Shown: piece after piece, positions 12,842-27,800 of the stretch
Layout of the letters: each line of letters opens with the position of its first letter
Position numbering within the stretch: the first letter of the stretch is position 1
Source: the human T2T-CHM13v2.0 reference genome, Homo sapiens
Reading direction: 5' to 3' (one strand)
DNA: 64,000 nt
Assembly (NCBI RefSeq): GCF_009914755.1
Contig: NC_060939.1
Notes under the pieces: model-generated
The model's input: only the letters and a program-made list of their open reading frames with translations
Told to the model about the DNA's origin: nothing
Database searches by the model: none
Program-made: the position numbers and the translations under genes

Positions 12842-15800
12842 TTGAGTCCATTCAATTCCATTCCTTTCGTTTCCATTCCATTTGATGCCATTCCATTCAA
12901 TTCTGTTCTACTCGACTCCAATACATTCAATTCCATTCCATCCGATTCCATTACATTCTTTTCATTTCTTATCCATTTCAAGCCATTCCACTCCATTCCA
13001 TTCCACTCGTTTCCTTTCCATTCGAGTCCATTCCTCTCCAGTCCATTCCGTTCAATCCATTCCATTCCAGTCCATTCCATTCGAGTCCGTTCCATTCCAG
13101 TCCATTCCATTCGAGTCAATTCCATCCCATTCGATGTCTTTCCATAACGATCCATTCCATTCTATTCCTTTTGATTCCATTCCATTCTATTTCATTCCAT
13201 TCGATTCCCTTCCATTGGACTCCTTTCCATTCGAGTGCATTCCATTCCGTTCCATTTCTTTCCGTTCTGTACGATTCCTACCGTTCGATTTCATTTTGTT
13301 CCAGTCCATTCCTTTCGCGTCCATTCCATTCCATTTCACTCCATTCGATTCCATTCCACTCGATTCCACTTCGTTCCATTTCATTGCATTCCATTCTATT
13401 CAACTCTATTGCCTTCCATTCCATTCCATTCGATTACATTCCATGCGATTCCATTCGAAATCGAATCAATTACATTGCAATCCATTACTATTGAGTCCAT
13501 TTCATTCCAGTCCACTGCATTCTGGTCCATTCCGTTTGATTCCATTCCATTCTATTCCATTCCATACAGTTGCATTCCATTGGATTCCATTCTATATCTA
13601 TAAATTCAATTCGAGACCATTGCTTTTGAGTCCATTCTATATGATTCCATTCCATTCATTTCCATTACATTTGGTTCAATTCCATTCCATTCCATTCCCT
13701 TCCATTCCATTCCAGTTGATATCAATCCATTCGATTCCATTCCATTCGAGCACATTCCATTCGAGTCCATTCCATTCGATGCCATTCCATTTGATTCTAT
13801 TCCATTAGTCTCCATTCAATTCCATTAATCTCCATTCCATTCCATTCTACTCCAACTGATTCCATTCCATTCTATTCCTTTCCATTCCATTTCATTCCAT
13901 TCCATTCCATTTCATTCCATTCCATTCCATTCCATTCCATTCCATTCGCTTCCATTCCATTCGTGTCCATTCCATTCCAGTCCATTCCATTTGTGTCCAC
14001 TGCATTCCATTCCACTCCATTCCATATTATTCCATTACACTCCATTCCATTCTATTACTTTCATTTCCATTCAATTCCATTCCATTTGATTCCATTCCAC
14101 TCGGTTTCATTCCATTTGAGTCCACTCCATTCCATTCCATTCCATTCCATTCAGTTCCATTCCATTCTGTTCCATTCCATTCCGTTCCATTACATTCCAT
14201 TCCATTCGGTACCATTCCATATTGTTCCATTCGATTCCATTCGAATCCATTCCATTCCAGTCCATTCCATTCGATTCCATTCCATTCATTTCAATTCCAT
14301 TCCATTCCATTCCATTACATTCCACTTGATTCCTCTCCATTCCCTTCCACTGCATTCCGTTCGATTCCATTCCATTGCATTGCATTCCATTCCATTGGAT
14401 TGCATTCCATTCGATTCCATTCCATTCGAATCAATTACATAGCAATCCATTACATTCGAGTCTATTCTATTCCGTTCCATTCGATTTCGTTCCAATCCAT
14501 TCGATTCCATTCCATTCGATTCCCTTCCATACTATTGCATTCCATTCGATTACATTATATTCGAATAAGTTCCATTCAAGACCATTTCTTTTGAGTCCAT
14601 TCTATTTGAGTCCATTCCCTTTGATTCCATAACATTTGAGTCCATTCAATTCCATTCCTTTCGTTTCCATTCCATTTGATGCCATTCCATTCAATTCTGT
14701 TCTACTCGACTCCAATACATTCAATTCCATTCCATCCGATTCCATTACATTCTTTTCATTTCTTATCCATTTCAAGCCATTCCACTCCATTCCATTCCAC
14801 TCGTTTCCTTTCCATTCGAGTCCATTCCTCTCCAGTCCATTCCGTTCAATCCTTTCCATTCCAGTCCATTCCATTCGAGTCCGTTCCATTCCAGTCCATT
14901 CCATTCGAGTCAATTCCATTCCATTCGATGTCTTTCCATAACGATCCATTCCATTCTATTCCTTTCGATTCCATTCCATTCTATTTCATTCCATTCGATT
15001 CCCTTCCATTGGACTCCTTTCCATTCGAGTGCATTCCATTCCTTTCCATTTCTTTCCGTTCTGTACGATTCCTACCGTTCGATTTCATTTTGTTCCAGTC
15101 CATTCCTTTCGCGTCCATTCCATTCCATTTCACTCCATTCGATTCCATTCCACTCGATTCCACTTCGTTCCATTTCATTGCATTCCATTCTATTCAACTC
15201 TATTGCTTTCATTCCATTCCATTTGATTACATACCATGCAATTCCATTCGAAATCGGATCAATTACATTGCAATCCATTACTATTGAGTCCGTTTTATTC
15301 CAGTCCACTGCATTCTGGTCCATTCCATTTGATTCCATTCCATTCTATTCCATTCCATACAGTTGCATTCCATTGGATTCCATGCTATATCTATAAATTC
15401 AATTCGAGACCATTGCTTTTGAGTCCATTCTATATGATTCCATTCCATTCAAGTCCATTACATTTGGTTCAATTCCATTCCATTCCATTCCCTTCCATTC
15501 CATTCCATTTGATATCAATCCATTCGATTCCATTCCATTCGAGCACATTCCATTCGAGTCCATTCCATTCGATGCCATTCCATTTGATTCTATTCCATTA
15601 GTCTCCATTCAATTCCATTAATCTCCATTCCATTCCATTCTACTCCAACTGATTCCATTCCATTCTATTCCTTTCCATTCCATTTCATTCCATTCCATTC
15701 CATTTCATTCCATTCCATTCCATTCGCGTCCATTCCACTCCAGTCCATTCCATTCGTGTCCATTCCATTCCAGTCCATTCCATTTGTGTCCACTGCATTC

Positions 15801-18800
15801 CATTCCACTCCATTCCATATGATTCCATTACACTCCATTCCATTCTATTACTTTCATTTCCATTCAATTCCATTCCATTTGATTCCATTCCACTCGGTTT
15901 CATTCCATTTGAGTCCACTCCATTCCATTCCATTCCATTCCATTCAGTTCCATTCCATTCTGTTCCATTCCATTCCGTTCCATTACATTCCATTCCATTC
16001 GGTACCATTCCATATTGTTCCATTCGATTCCATTCGAATCCATTCCATTCCAGTCCATTCCATTCGATTCCATTCCATTCATTTCAATTCCATTCCATTC
16101 CATTCCATTACATTCCACTTGATTCCTCTCCATTCCCTTCCACTGCATTCCGTTCGATTCCATTCCATTGCATTGCATTCCATTCCATTGGATTGCATTC
16201 CATTCGATTCCATTCCATTCGAATCAATTACATAGCAATCCATTACATTCGAGTCTATTCTCTTCCGATCCATTCGATTTCGTTCCAATCCATTCGATTC
16301 CATTCCATTCGATTCCATTCCATACTATTGCATTCCATTCGATTACATTATATTCGAATAAGTTCCATTCAAGACCATTTCTTTTGAGTCCATTCTATTT
16401 GAGTCCATTCCCTTTGATTCCATAACATTTGAGTCCATTCAATTCCATTCCTTTCGTTTCCATTCCATTTGATGCCATTCCATTCAATTCTGTTCTACTC
16501 GACTCCAATACATTCAATTCCATTCCATCCGATTCCATTACATTCTTTTCATTTCTTATCCATTTCAAGCCATTCCACTCCATTCCATTCCACTCGTTTC
16601 CTTTCCATTCGAGTCCATTCCTCTCCAGTCCATTCCGTTCAATCCATTCCATTCCAGTCCATTCCATTCGAGTCCGTTCCATTCCAGTCCATTCCATTCG
16701 AGTCAATTCCATTCCATTCGATGTCTTTCCATAACGATCCATTCCATTCTATTCCTTTCGATTCCATTCCATTCTATTTCATTCCATTCGATTCCCTTCC
16801 ATTGGACTCCTTTCCATTCGAGTGCATTCCATTCCGTTCCATTTCTTTCCGTTCTGTACGATTCCTACCGTTCGATTTCATTTTGTTCCAGTCCATTCCT
16901 TTCGCGTCCATTCCATTCCATTTCACTACATTCGATTCCATTCCATTCGATTCCATTCTACTCGATTCCACTTCGTTCCATTTCATTGCATTCCATTCTA
17001 TTCAACTCTATTGCCTTCCATTCCATTCCATTCGATTACATTCCATGCGATTCCATTCGAAATCGAATCAATTACATTGCAATCCATTACTATTGAGTCC
17101 GTTTTATTCCAGTCCACTGCTTTCTGGTCCATTCCATTTGATTCCATTCCATTCTATTCCATTCCATACAGTTGCATTCCATTGGATTCCATGCTATATC
17201 TATAAATTCAATTCGAGACCATTGCTTTTGAGTCCATTCTATATGATTCCATTCCATTCAAGTCCATTACATTTGGTTCAATTCCATTCCATTCCATTCC
17301 CTTCCATTCCATTCCATTTGATATCAATCCATTCGATTCCATTCCATTCGAGCACATTCCATTCGAGTCCATTCCATTCGATGCCATTCCATTTGATTCT
17401 ATTCCATTAGTCTCCATTCAATTCCATTAATCTCCATTCCATTCCATTCTACTCCAACTGATTCCATTCCATTCTATTCCTTTCCATTCCATTTCATTGC
17501 ATTCCATTCCATTTCATTCCATTCCATTCCATTCGTGTCCATTCCACTCCAGTCCATTCCATTCGTGTCCATTCCATTCCAGTCCATTCCATTTGTGTCC
17601 ACTGCATTCCATTCCACTCCATTCCATATTATTCCATTACAATCCATTCCATTCTATTACTTTCATTTCCATTCAATTCCATTCCATTTGATTCCATTCC
17701 ACTCGGTTTCATTCCATTTGAGTCCACTCCATTCCATTCCATTCCATTCCATTCAGTTCCATTCCATTCTGTTCCATTCCATTCCGTTCCATTACATTCC
17801 ATTCCATTCGGTACCATTCCATATTGTTCCATTCGATTCCATTCGAATCCATTCCATTCCAGTCCATTCCATTCGATTCCATTCCATTCATTTCAATTCC
17901 ATTCCATTCCATTCCATTCCATTCCACTTGATCCCTCTCCATTCCCTTCCACTGCATTCCGTTCGATTCCATTCCATTGCATTGCATTCCATTCCATTGG
18001 ATTGCATTCCATTCCATTCCATTCCATTCGAATCAATTACATAGCAATCCATTACATTCGAGTCTATTCTATTCCGTTCCATTCGATTTCGTTCCAATCC
18101 ATTCGATTCCATTCCATTCGATTCCATTCCATACTATTGCATTCCATTCGATTAGATTATATTCGAATAAGTTCCATTCAAGACCATTTCTTTTGAGTCC
18201 ATTCTATTTGAGTCCATTCCCTTTGATTCCATAACATTTGAGTCCATTCAATTCCATTCCTTTCGTTTCCATTCCATTTGATGCCATTCCATTCAATTCT
18301 GTTCTACTCGACTCCAATACATTCAATTCCATTCCATCCGATTCCATTACATTCTTTTCATTTCTTATCCATTTCAAGCCATTCCACTCCATTCCATTCC
18401 ACTCGTTTCCTTTCCATTCGAGTCCATTCCTCTCCAGTCCATTCCGTTCAATCCATTCCATTCCAGTCCATTCCATTCGAGTCCGTTCCATTCCAGTCCA
18501 TTCCATTCGAGTCAATTCCATTCCATTCGATGTCTTTCCATAACGATCCATTCCATTCTATTCCTTTCGATTCCATTCCATTCTATTTCATTCCATTCGA
18601 TTCCCTTCCATTGGACTCCTTTCCATTCGAGTGCATTCCATTCCTTTCCATTTCTTTCCGTTCTGTACGATTCCTACCGTTCGATTTCATTTTGTTCCAG
18701 TCCATTCCTTTCGCGTCCATTCCATTCCATTTCACTCCATTCGATTCCATTCCACTCGATTCCACTTCGTTCCATTTCATTGCATTCCATTCTATTCAAC

Positions 18801-21800
18801 TCTATTGCCTTCCATTCCATTCCATTCAATTACATTCCATGCGATTCCATTCGAAATCGAATCAATTACATTGCAATCCATTACTATTGAGTCCGTTTTA
18901 TTCCAGTCCACTGCATTCTGGTCCATTCCATTTGATTCCATTCCATTCTATTCCATTCCATACAGTTGCATTCCATTGGATTCCATGCTATATCTATAAA
19001 TTCAATTCGAGACCATTGCTTTTGAGTCCATTCTATATGATTCCATTCCATTCAAGTCCATTACATTTGGTTCAATTCCATTCCATTCCATTCCCTTCCA
19101 TTCCATTCCATTTGATATCAATCCATTCGATTCCATTCCATTCGAGCACATTCCATTCGAGTCCATTCCATTCGATGCCATTCCATTTGATTCTATTCCA
19201 TTAGTCTCCATTCAATTCCATTAATCTCCATTCCATTCCATTCTACTCCAACTGATTCCATTCCATTCTATTCCTTTCCATTCCATTTCATTCCATTCCA
19301 TTCCATTTCATTCCATTCCATTCCATTCGCGTCCATTCCACTCCAGTCCATTCCATTCGTGTCCATTCCATTCCAGTCCATTCCATTTGTGTCCACTGCA
19401 TTCCATTCCACTCCATTCCATATGATTCCATTACACTCCATTCCATTCTATTACTTTCATTTCCATTCAATTCCATTCCATTTGATTCCATTCCACTCGG
19501 TTTCATTCCATTTGAGTCCACTCCATTCCATTCCATTCCATTCCATTCAGTTCCATTCCATTCTGTTCCATTCCATTCCGTTCCATTACATTCCATTCCA
19601 TTCGGTACCATTCCATATTGTTCCATTCGATTCCATTCGAATCCATTCCATTCCAGTCCATTCCATTCGATTCCATTCCATTCATTTCAATTCCATTCCA
19701 TTCCATTCCATTACATTCCACTTGATTCCTCTCCATTCCCTTCCACTGCATTCCGTTCGATTCCATTCCATTGCATTGCATTCCATTCCATTGGATTGCA
19801 TTCCATTCGATTCCATTCCATTCGAATCAATTACATAGCAATCCATTACATTCGAGTCTATTCTCTTCCGATCCATTCGATTTCGTTCCAATCCATTCGA
19901 TTCCATTCCATTCGATTCCATTCCATACTATTGCATTCCATTCGATTACATTATATTCGAATAAGTTCCATTCAAGACCATTTCTTTTGAGTCCATTCTA
20001 TTTGAGTCCATTCCCTTTGATTCCATAACATTTGAGTCCATTCAATTCCATTCCTTTCGTTTCCATTCCATTTGATGCCATTCCATTCAATTCTGTTCTA
20101 CTCGACTCCAATACATTCAATTCCATTCCATCCGATTCCATTACATTCTTTTCATTTCTTATCCATTTCAAGCCATTCCACTCCATTCCATTCCACTCGT
20201 TTCCTTTCCATTCGAGTCCATTCCTCTCCAGTCCATTCCGTTCAATCCATTCCATTCCAGTCCATTCCATTCGAGTCCGTTCCATTCCAGTCCATTCCAT
20301 TCGAGTCAATTCCATTCCATTCGATGTCTTTCCATAACGATCCATTCCATTCTATTCCTTTCGATTCCATTCCATTCTATTTCATTCCATTCGATTCCCT
20401 TCCATTGGACTCCTTTCCATTAGAGTGCATTCCATTCCTTTCCATTTCTTTCCGTTCTGTACGATTCCTACCGTTCGATTTCATTTTGTTCCAGTCCATT
20501 CCTTTCGCGTCCATTCCATTCCATTTCACTACATTCGATTCCATTCCATTCGATTCCATTCTACTCGATTCCACTTCGTTCCATTTCATTGCATTCCATT
20601 CTATTCAACTCTATTGCCTTCCATTCCATTCCATTCGATTACATTCCATGCGATTCCATTCGAAATCGAATCAATTACATTGCAATCCATTACTATTGAG
20701 TCCGTTTTATTCCAGTCCACTGCTTTCTGGTCCATTCCATTTGATTCCATTCCATTCTATTCCATTCCATACAGTTGCATTCCATTGGATTCCATGCTAT
20801 ATCTATAAATTCAATTCGAGACCATTGCTTTTGAGTCCATTCTATATGATTCCATTCCATTCAAGTCCATTACATTTGGTTCAATTCCATTCCATTCCAT
20901 TCCCTTCCATTACATTCCATTTGATATCAATCCATTCGATTCCATTCCATTCGAGCACATTCCATTCGAGTCCATTCCATTCGATGCCATTCCATTTGAT
21001 TCTATTCCATTAGTCTCCATTCAATTCCATTAATCTCCATTCCATTCCATTCTACTCCAACTGATTCCATTCCATTCTATTCCTTTCCATTCCATTTCAT
21101 TGCATTCCATTCCATTTCATTCCATTCCATTCCATTCGTGTCCATTCCACTCCAGTCCATTCCATTCGTGTCCATTCCATTCCAGTCCATTCCATTTGTG
21201 TCCACTGCATTCCATTCCACTCCATTCCATATTATTCCATTACTCTCCATTCCATTCTATTACTTTCATTTCCATTCAATTCCATTCCATTTGATTCCAT
21301 TCCACTCGGTTTCATTCCATTTGAGTCCACTCCATTCCATTCCATTCCATTCCATTCAGTTCCATTCCATTCTGTTCCATTCCATTCCGTTCCATTACAT
21401 TCCATTCCATTCGGTACCATTCCATATTGTTCCATTCGATTCCATTCGAATCCATTCCATTCCAGTCCATTCCATTCGATTCCATTCCATTCATTTCAAT
21501 TCCATTCCATTCCATTCCATTACATTCCACTTGATTCCTCTCCATTCCCTTCCACTGCATTCCGTTCGATTCCATTCCATCGCATTGCATTCCATTCCAT
21601 TGGATTGCATTCCTTTCGATTCCATTCCATTCGAATCAATTACATAGCAATCCATTACATTCGAGTCTATTCTCTTCCGTTCCATTCGATTTCGTTCCAA
21701 TCCATTCGATTCCATTCCATTCGATTCCATTCCATACTATTGCATTCCATTCGATTACATTATATTCGAATAAGTTCCATTCAAGACCATTTCTTTTGAG

Positions 21801-24800
21801 TCCATTCTATTTGAGTCCATTCCCTTTGATTCCATAACATTTGAGTCCATTCAATTCCATTCCTTTCGTTTCCATTCCATTTGATGCCATTCCATTCAAT
21901 TCTGTTCTACTCGACTCCAATACATTCAATTCCATTCCATCCGATTCCATTACATTCTTTTCATTTCTTATCCATTTCAAGCCATTCCACTCCATTCCAT
22001 TCCACTCGTTTCCTTTCCATTCGAGTCCATTCCTCTCCAGTCCATTCCGTTCAATCCATTCCATTCCAGTCCATTCCATTCGAGTCCGTTCCATTCCAGT
22101 CCATTCCATTCGAGTCAATTCCATCCCATTCGATGTCTTTCCATAACGATCCATTCCATTCTATTCCTTTTGATTCCATTCCATTCTATTTCATTCCATT
22201 CGATTCCCTTCCATTGGACTCCTTTCCATTCGAGTGCATTCCATTCCGTTCCATTTCTTTCCGTTCTGTACGATTCCTACCGTTCGATTTCATTTTGTTC
22301 CAGTCCATTCCTTTCGCGTCCATTCCATTCCATTTCACTCCATTCGATTCCATTCCACTCGATTCCACTTCGTTCCATTTCATTGCATTCCATTCTATTC
22401 AACTCTATTGCCTTCCATTCCATTCCATTCGATTACATTCCATGCGATTCCATTCGAAATCGAATCAATTACATTGCAATCCATTACTATTGAGTCCATT
22501 TCATTCCAGTCCACTGCATTCTGGTCCATTCCGTTTGATTCCATTCCATTCTATTCCATTCCATACAGTTGCATTCCATTGGATTCCATTCTATATCTAT
22601 AAATTCAATTCGAGACCATTGCTTTTGAGTCCATTCTATATGATTCCATTCCATTCATTTCCATTACATTTGGTTCAATTCCATTCCATTCCATTCCCTT
22701 CCATTCCATTCCAGTTGATATCAATCCATTCGATTCCATTCCATTCGAGCACATTCCATTCGAGTCCATTCCATTCGATGCCATTCCATTTGATTCTATT
22801 CCATTAGTCTCCATTCAATTCCATTAATCTCCATTCCATTCCATTCTACTCCAACTGATTCCATTCCATTCTATTCCTTTCCATTCCATTTCATTCCATT
22901 CCATTCCATTTCATTCCATTCCATTCCATTCCATTCCATTCCATTCGCTTCCATTCCATTCGTGTCCATTCCATTCCAGTCCATTCCATTTGTGTCCACT
23001 GCATTCCATTCCACTCCATTCCATATTATTCCATTACACTCCATTCCATTCTATTACTTTCATTTCCATTCAATTCCATTCCATTTGATTCCATTCCACT
23101 CGGTTTCATTCCATTTGAGTCCACTCCATTCCATTCCATTCCATTCCATTCAGTTCCATTCCATTCTGTTCCATTCCATTCCGTTCCATTACATTCCATT
23201 CCATTCGGTACCATTCCATATTGTTCCATTCGATTCCATTCGAATCCATTCCATTCCAGTCCATTCCATTCGATTCCATTCCATTCATTTCAATTCCATT
23301 CCATTCCATTCCATTACATTCCACTTGATTCCTCTCCATTCCCTTCCACTGCATTCCGTTCGATTCCATTCCATTGCATTGCATTCCATTCCATTGGATT
23401 GCATTCCATTCGATTCCATTCCATTCGAATCAATTACATAGCAATCCATTACATTCGAGTCTATTCTATTCCGTTCCATTCGATTTCGTTCCAATCCATT
23501 CGATTCCATTCCATTCGATTCCCTTCCATACTATTGCATTCCATTCGATTACATTATATTCGAATAAGTTCCATTCAAGACCATTTCTTTTGAGTCCATT
23601 CTATTTGAGTCCATTCCCTTTGATTCCATAACATTTGAGTCCATTCAATTCCATTCCTTTCGTTTCCATTCCATTTGATGCCATTCCATTCAATTCTGTT
23701 CTACTCGACTCCAATACATTCAATTCCATTCCATCCGATTCCATTACATTCTTTTCATTTCTTATCCATTTCAAGCCATTCCACTCCATTCCATTCCACT
23801 CGTTTCCTTTCCATTCGAGTCCATTCCTCTCCAGTCCATTCCGTTCAATCCTTTCCATTCCAGTCCATTCCATTCGAGTCCGTTCCATTCCAGTCCATTC
23901 CATTCGAGTCAATTCCATTCCATTCGATGTCTTTCCATAACGATCCATTCCATTCTATTCCTTTCGATTCCATTCCATTCTATTTCATTCCATTCGATTC
24001 CCTTCCATTGGACTCCTTTCCATTCGAGTGCATTCCATTCCTTTCCATTTCTTTCCGTTCTGTACGATTCCTACCGTTCGATTTCATTTTGTTCCAGTCC
24101 ATTCCTTTCGCGTCCATTCCATTCCATTTCACTCCATTCGATTCCATTCCACTCGATTCCACTTCGTTCCATTTCATTGCATTCCATTCTATTCAACTCT
24201 ATTGCTTTCATTCCATTCCATTTGATTACATTCCATGCAATTCCATTCGAAATCGGATCAATTGCATTGCAATCCATTACTATTGAGTCCGTTTTATTCC
24301 AGTCCACTGCATTCTGGTCCATTCCATTTGATTCCATTCCATTCTATTCCATTCCATACAGTTGCATTCCATTGGATTCCATGCTATATCTATAAATTCA
24401 ATTCGAGACCATTGCTTTTGAGTCCATTCTATATGATTCCATTCCATTCAAGTCCATTACATTTGGTTCAATTCCATTCCATTCCATTCCCTTCCATTCC
24501 ATTCCATTTGATATCAATCCATTCGATTCCATTCCATTCGAGCACATTCCATTCGAGTCCATTCCATTCGATGCCATTCCATTTGATTCTATTCCATTAG
24601 TCTCCATTCAATTCCATTAATCTCCATTCCATTCCATTCTACTCCAACTGATTCCATTCCATTCTATTCCTTTCCATTCCATTTCATTCCATTCCATTCC
24701 ATTTCATTCCATTCCATTCCATTCGCGTCCATTCCACTCCAGTCCATTCCATTCGTGTCCATTCCATTCCAGTCCATTCCATTTGTGTCCACTGCATTCC

Positions 24801-27800
24801 ATTCCACTCCATTCCATATGATTCCATTACACTCCATTCCATTCTATTACTTTCATTTCCATTCAATTCCATTCCATTTGATTCCATTCCACTCGGTTTC
24901 ATTCCATTTGAGTCCACTCCATTCCATTCCATTCCATTCCATTCAGTTCCATTCCATTCTGTTCCATTCCATTCCGTTCCATTACATTCCATTCCATTCG
25001 GTACCATTCCATATTGTTCCATTCGATTCCATTCGAATCCATTCCATTCCAGTCCATTCCATTCGATTCCATTCCATTCATTTCAATTCCATTCCATTCC
25101 ATTCCATTACATTCCACTTGATTCCTCTCCATTCCCTTCCACTGCATTCCGTTCGATTCCATTCCATTGCATTGCATTCCATTCCATTGGATTGCATTCC
25201 ATTCGATTCCATTCCATTCGAATCAATTACATAGCAATCCATTACATTCGAGTCTATTCTCTTCCGATCCATTCGATTTCGTTCCAATCCATTCGATTCC
25301 ATTCCATTCGATTCCATTCCATACTATTGCATTCCATTCGATTACATTATATTCGAATAAGTTCCATTCAAGACCATTTCTTTTGAGTCCATTCTATTTG
25401 AGTCCATTCCCTTTGATTCCATAACATTTGAGTCCATTCAATTCCATTCCTTTCGTTTCCATTCCATTTGATGCCATTCCATTCAATTCTGTTCTACTCG
25501 ACTCCAATACATTCAATTCCATTCCATCCGATTCCATTACATTCTTTTCATTTCTTATCCATTTCAAGCCATTCCACTCCATTCCATTCCACTCGTTTCC
25601 TTTCCATTCGAGTCCATTCCTCTCCAGTCCATTCCGTTCAATCCATTCCATTCCAGTCCATTCCATTCGAGTCCGTTCCATTCCAGTCCATTCCATTCGA
25701 GTCAATTCCATTCCATTCGATGTCTTTCCATAACGATCCATTCCATTCTATTCCTTTCGATTCCATTCCATTCTATTTCATTCCATTCGATTCCCTTCCA
25801 TTGGACTCCTTTCCATTCGAGTGCATTCCATTCCGTTCCATTTCTTTCCGTTCTGTACGATTCCTACCGTTCGATTTCATTTTGTTCCAGTCCATTCCTT
25901 TCGCGTCCATTCCATTCCATTTCACTACATTCGATTCCATTCCATTCGATTCCATTCTACTCGATTCCACTTCGTTCCATTTCATTGCATTCCATTCTAT
26001 TCAACTCTATTGCCTTCCATTCCATTCCATTCGATTACATTCCATGCGATTCCATTCGAAATCGAATCAATTACATTGCAATCCATTACTATTGAGTCCG
26101 TTTTATTCCAGTCCACTGCTTTCTGGTCCATTCCATTTGATTCCATTCCATTCTATTCCATTCCATACAGTTGCATTCCATTGGATTCCATGCTATATCT
26201 ATAAATTCAATTCGAGACCATTGCTTTTGAGTCCATTCTATATGATTCCATTCCATTCAAGTCCATTACATTTGGTTCAATTCCATTCCATTCCATTCCC
26301 TTCCATTCCATTCCATTTGATATCAATCCATTCGATTCCATTCCATTCGAGCACATTCCATTCGAGTCCATTCCATTCGATGCCATTCCATTTGATTCTA
26401 TTCCATTAGTCTCCATTCAATTCCATTAATCTCCATTCCATTCCATTCTACTCCAACTGATTCCATTCCATTCTATTCCTTTCCATTCCATTTCATTGCA
26501 TTCCATTCCATTTCATTCCATTCCATTCCATTCGTGTCCATTCCACTCCAGTCCATTCCATTCGTGTCCATTCCATTCCAGTCCATTCCATTTGTGTCCA
26601 CTGCATTCCATTCCACTCCATTCCATATTATTCCATTACAATCCATTCCATTCTATTACTTTCATTTCCATTCAATTCCATTCCATTTGATTCCATTCCA
26701 CTCGGTTTCATTCCATTTGAGTCCACTCCATTCCATTCCATTCCATTCCATTCAGTTCCATTCCATTCTGTTCCATTCCATTCCGTTCCATTACATTCCA
26801 TTCCATTCGGTACCATTCCATATTGTTCCATTCGATTCCATTCGAATCCATTCCATTCCAGTCCATTCCATTCGATTCCATTCCATTCATTTCAATTCCA
26901 TTCCATTCCATTCCATTCCATTCCACTTGATCCCTCTCCATTCCCTGACACTGCATTCCGTTCGATTCCATTCCATTGCATTGCATTCCATTCCATTGGA
27001 TTGCATTCCATTCCATTCCATTCCATTCGAATCAATTACATAGCAATCCATTACATTCGAGTCTATTCTATTCCGTTCCATTCGATTTCGTTCCAATCCA
27101 TTCGATTCCATTCCATTCGATTCCATTCCATACTATTGCATTCCATTCGATTAGATTATATTCGAATAAGTTCCATTCAAGACCATTTCTTTTGAGTCCA
27201 TTCTATTTGAGTCCATTCCCTTTGATTCCATAACATTTGAGTCCATTCAATTCCATTCCTTTCGTTTCCATTCCATTTGATGCCATTCCATTCAATTCTG
27301 TTCTACTCGACTCCAATACATTCAATTCCATTCCATCCGATTCCATTACATTCTTTTCATTTCTTATCCATTTCAAGCCATTCCACTCCATTCCATTCCA
27401 CTCGTTTCCTTTCCATTCGAGTCCATTCCTCTCCAGTCCATTCCGTTCAATCCATTCCATTCCAGTCCATTCCATTCGAGTCCGTTCCATTCCAGTCCAT
27501 TCCATTCGAGTCAATTCCATTCCATTCGATGTCTTTCCATAACGATCCATTCCATTCTATTCCTTTCGATTCCATTCCATTCTATTTCATTCCATTCGAT
27601 TCCCTTCCATTGGACTCCTTTCCATTCGAGTGCATTCCATTCCTTTCCATTTCTTTCCGTTCTGTACGATTCCTACCGTTCGATTTCATTTTGTTCCAGT
27701 CCATTCCTTTCGCGTCCATTCCATTCCATTTCACTCCATTCGATTCCATTCCACTCGATTCCACTTCGTTCCATTTCATTGCATTCCATTCTATTCAACT

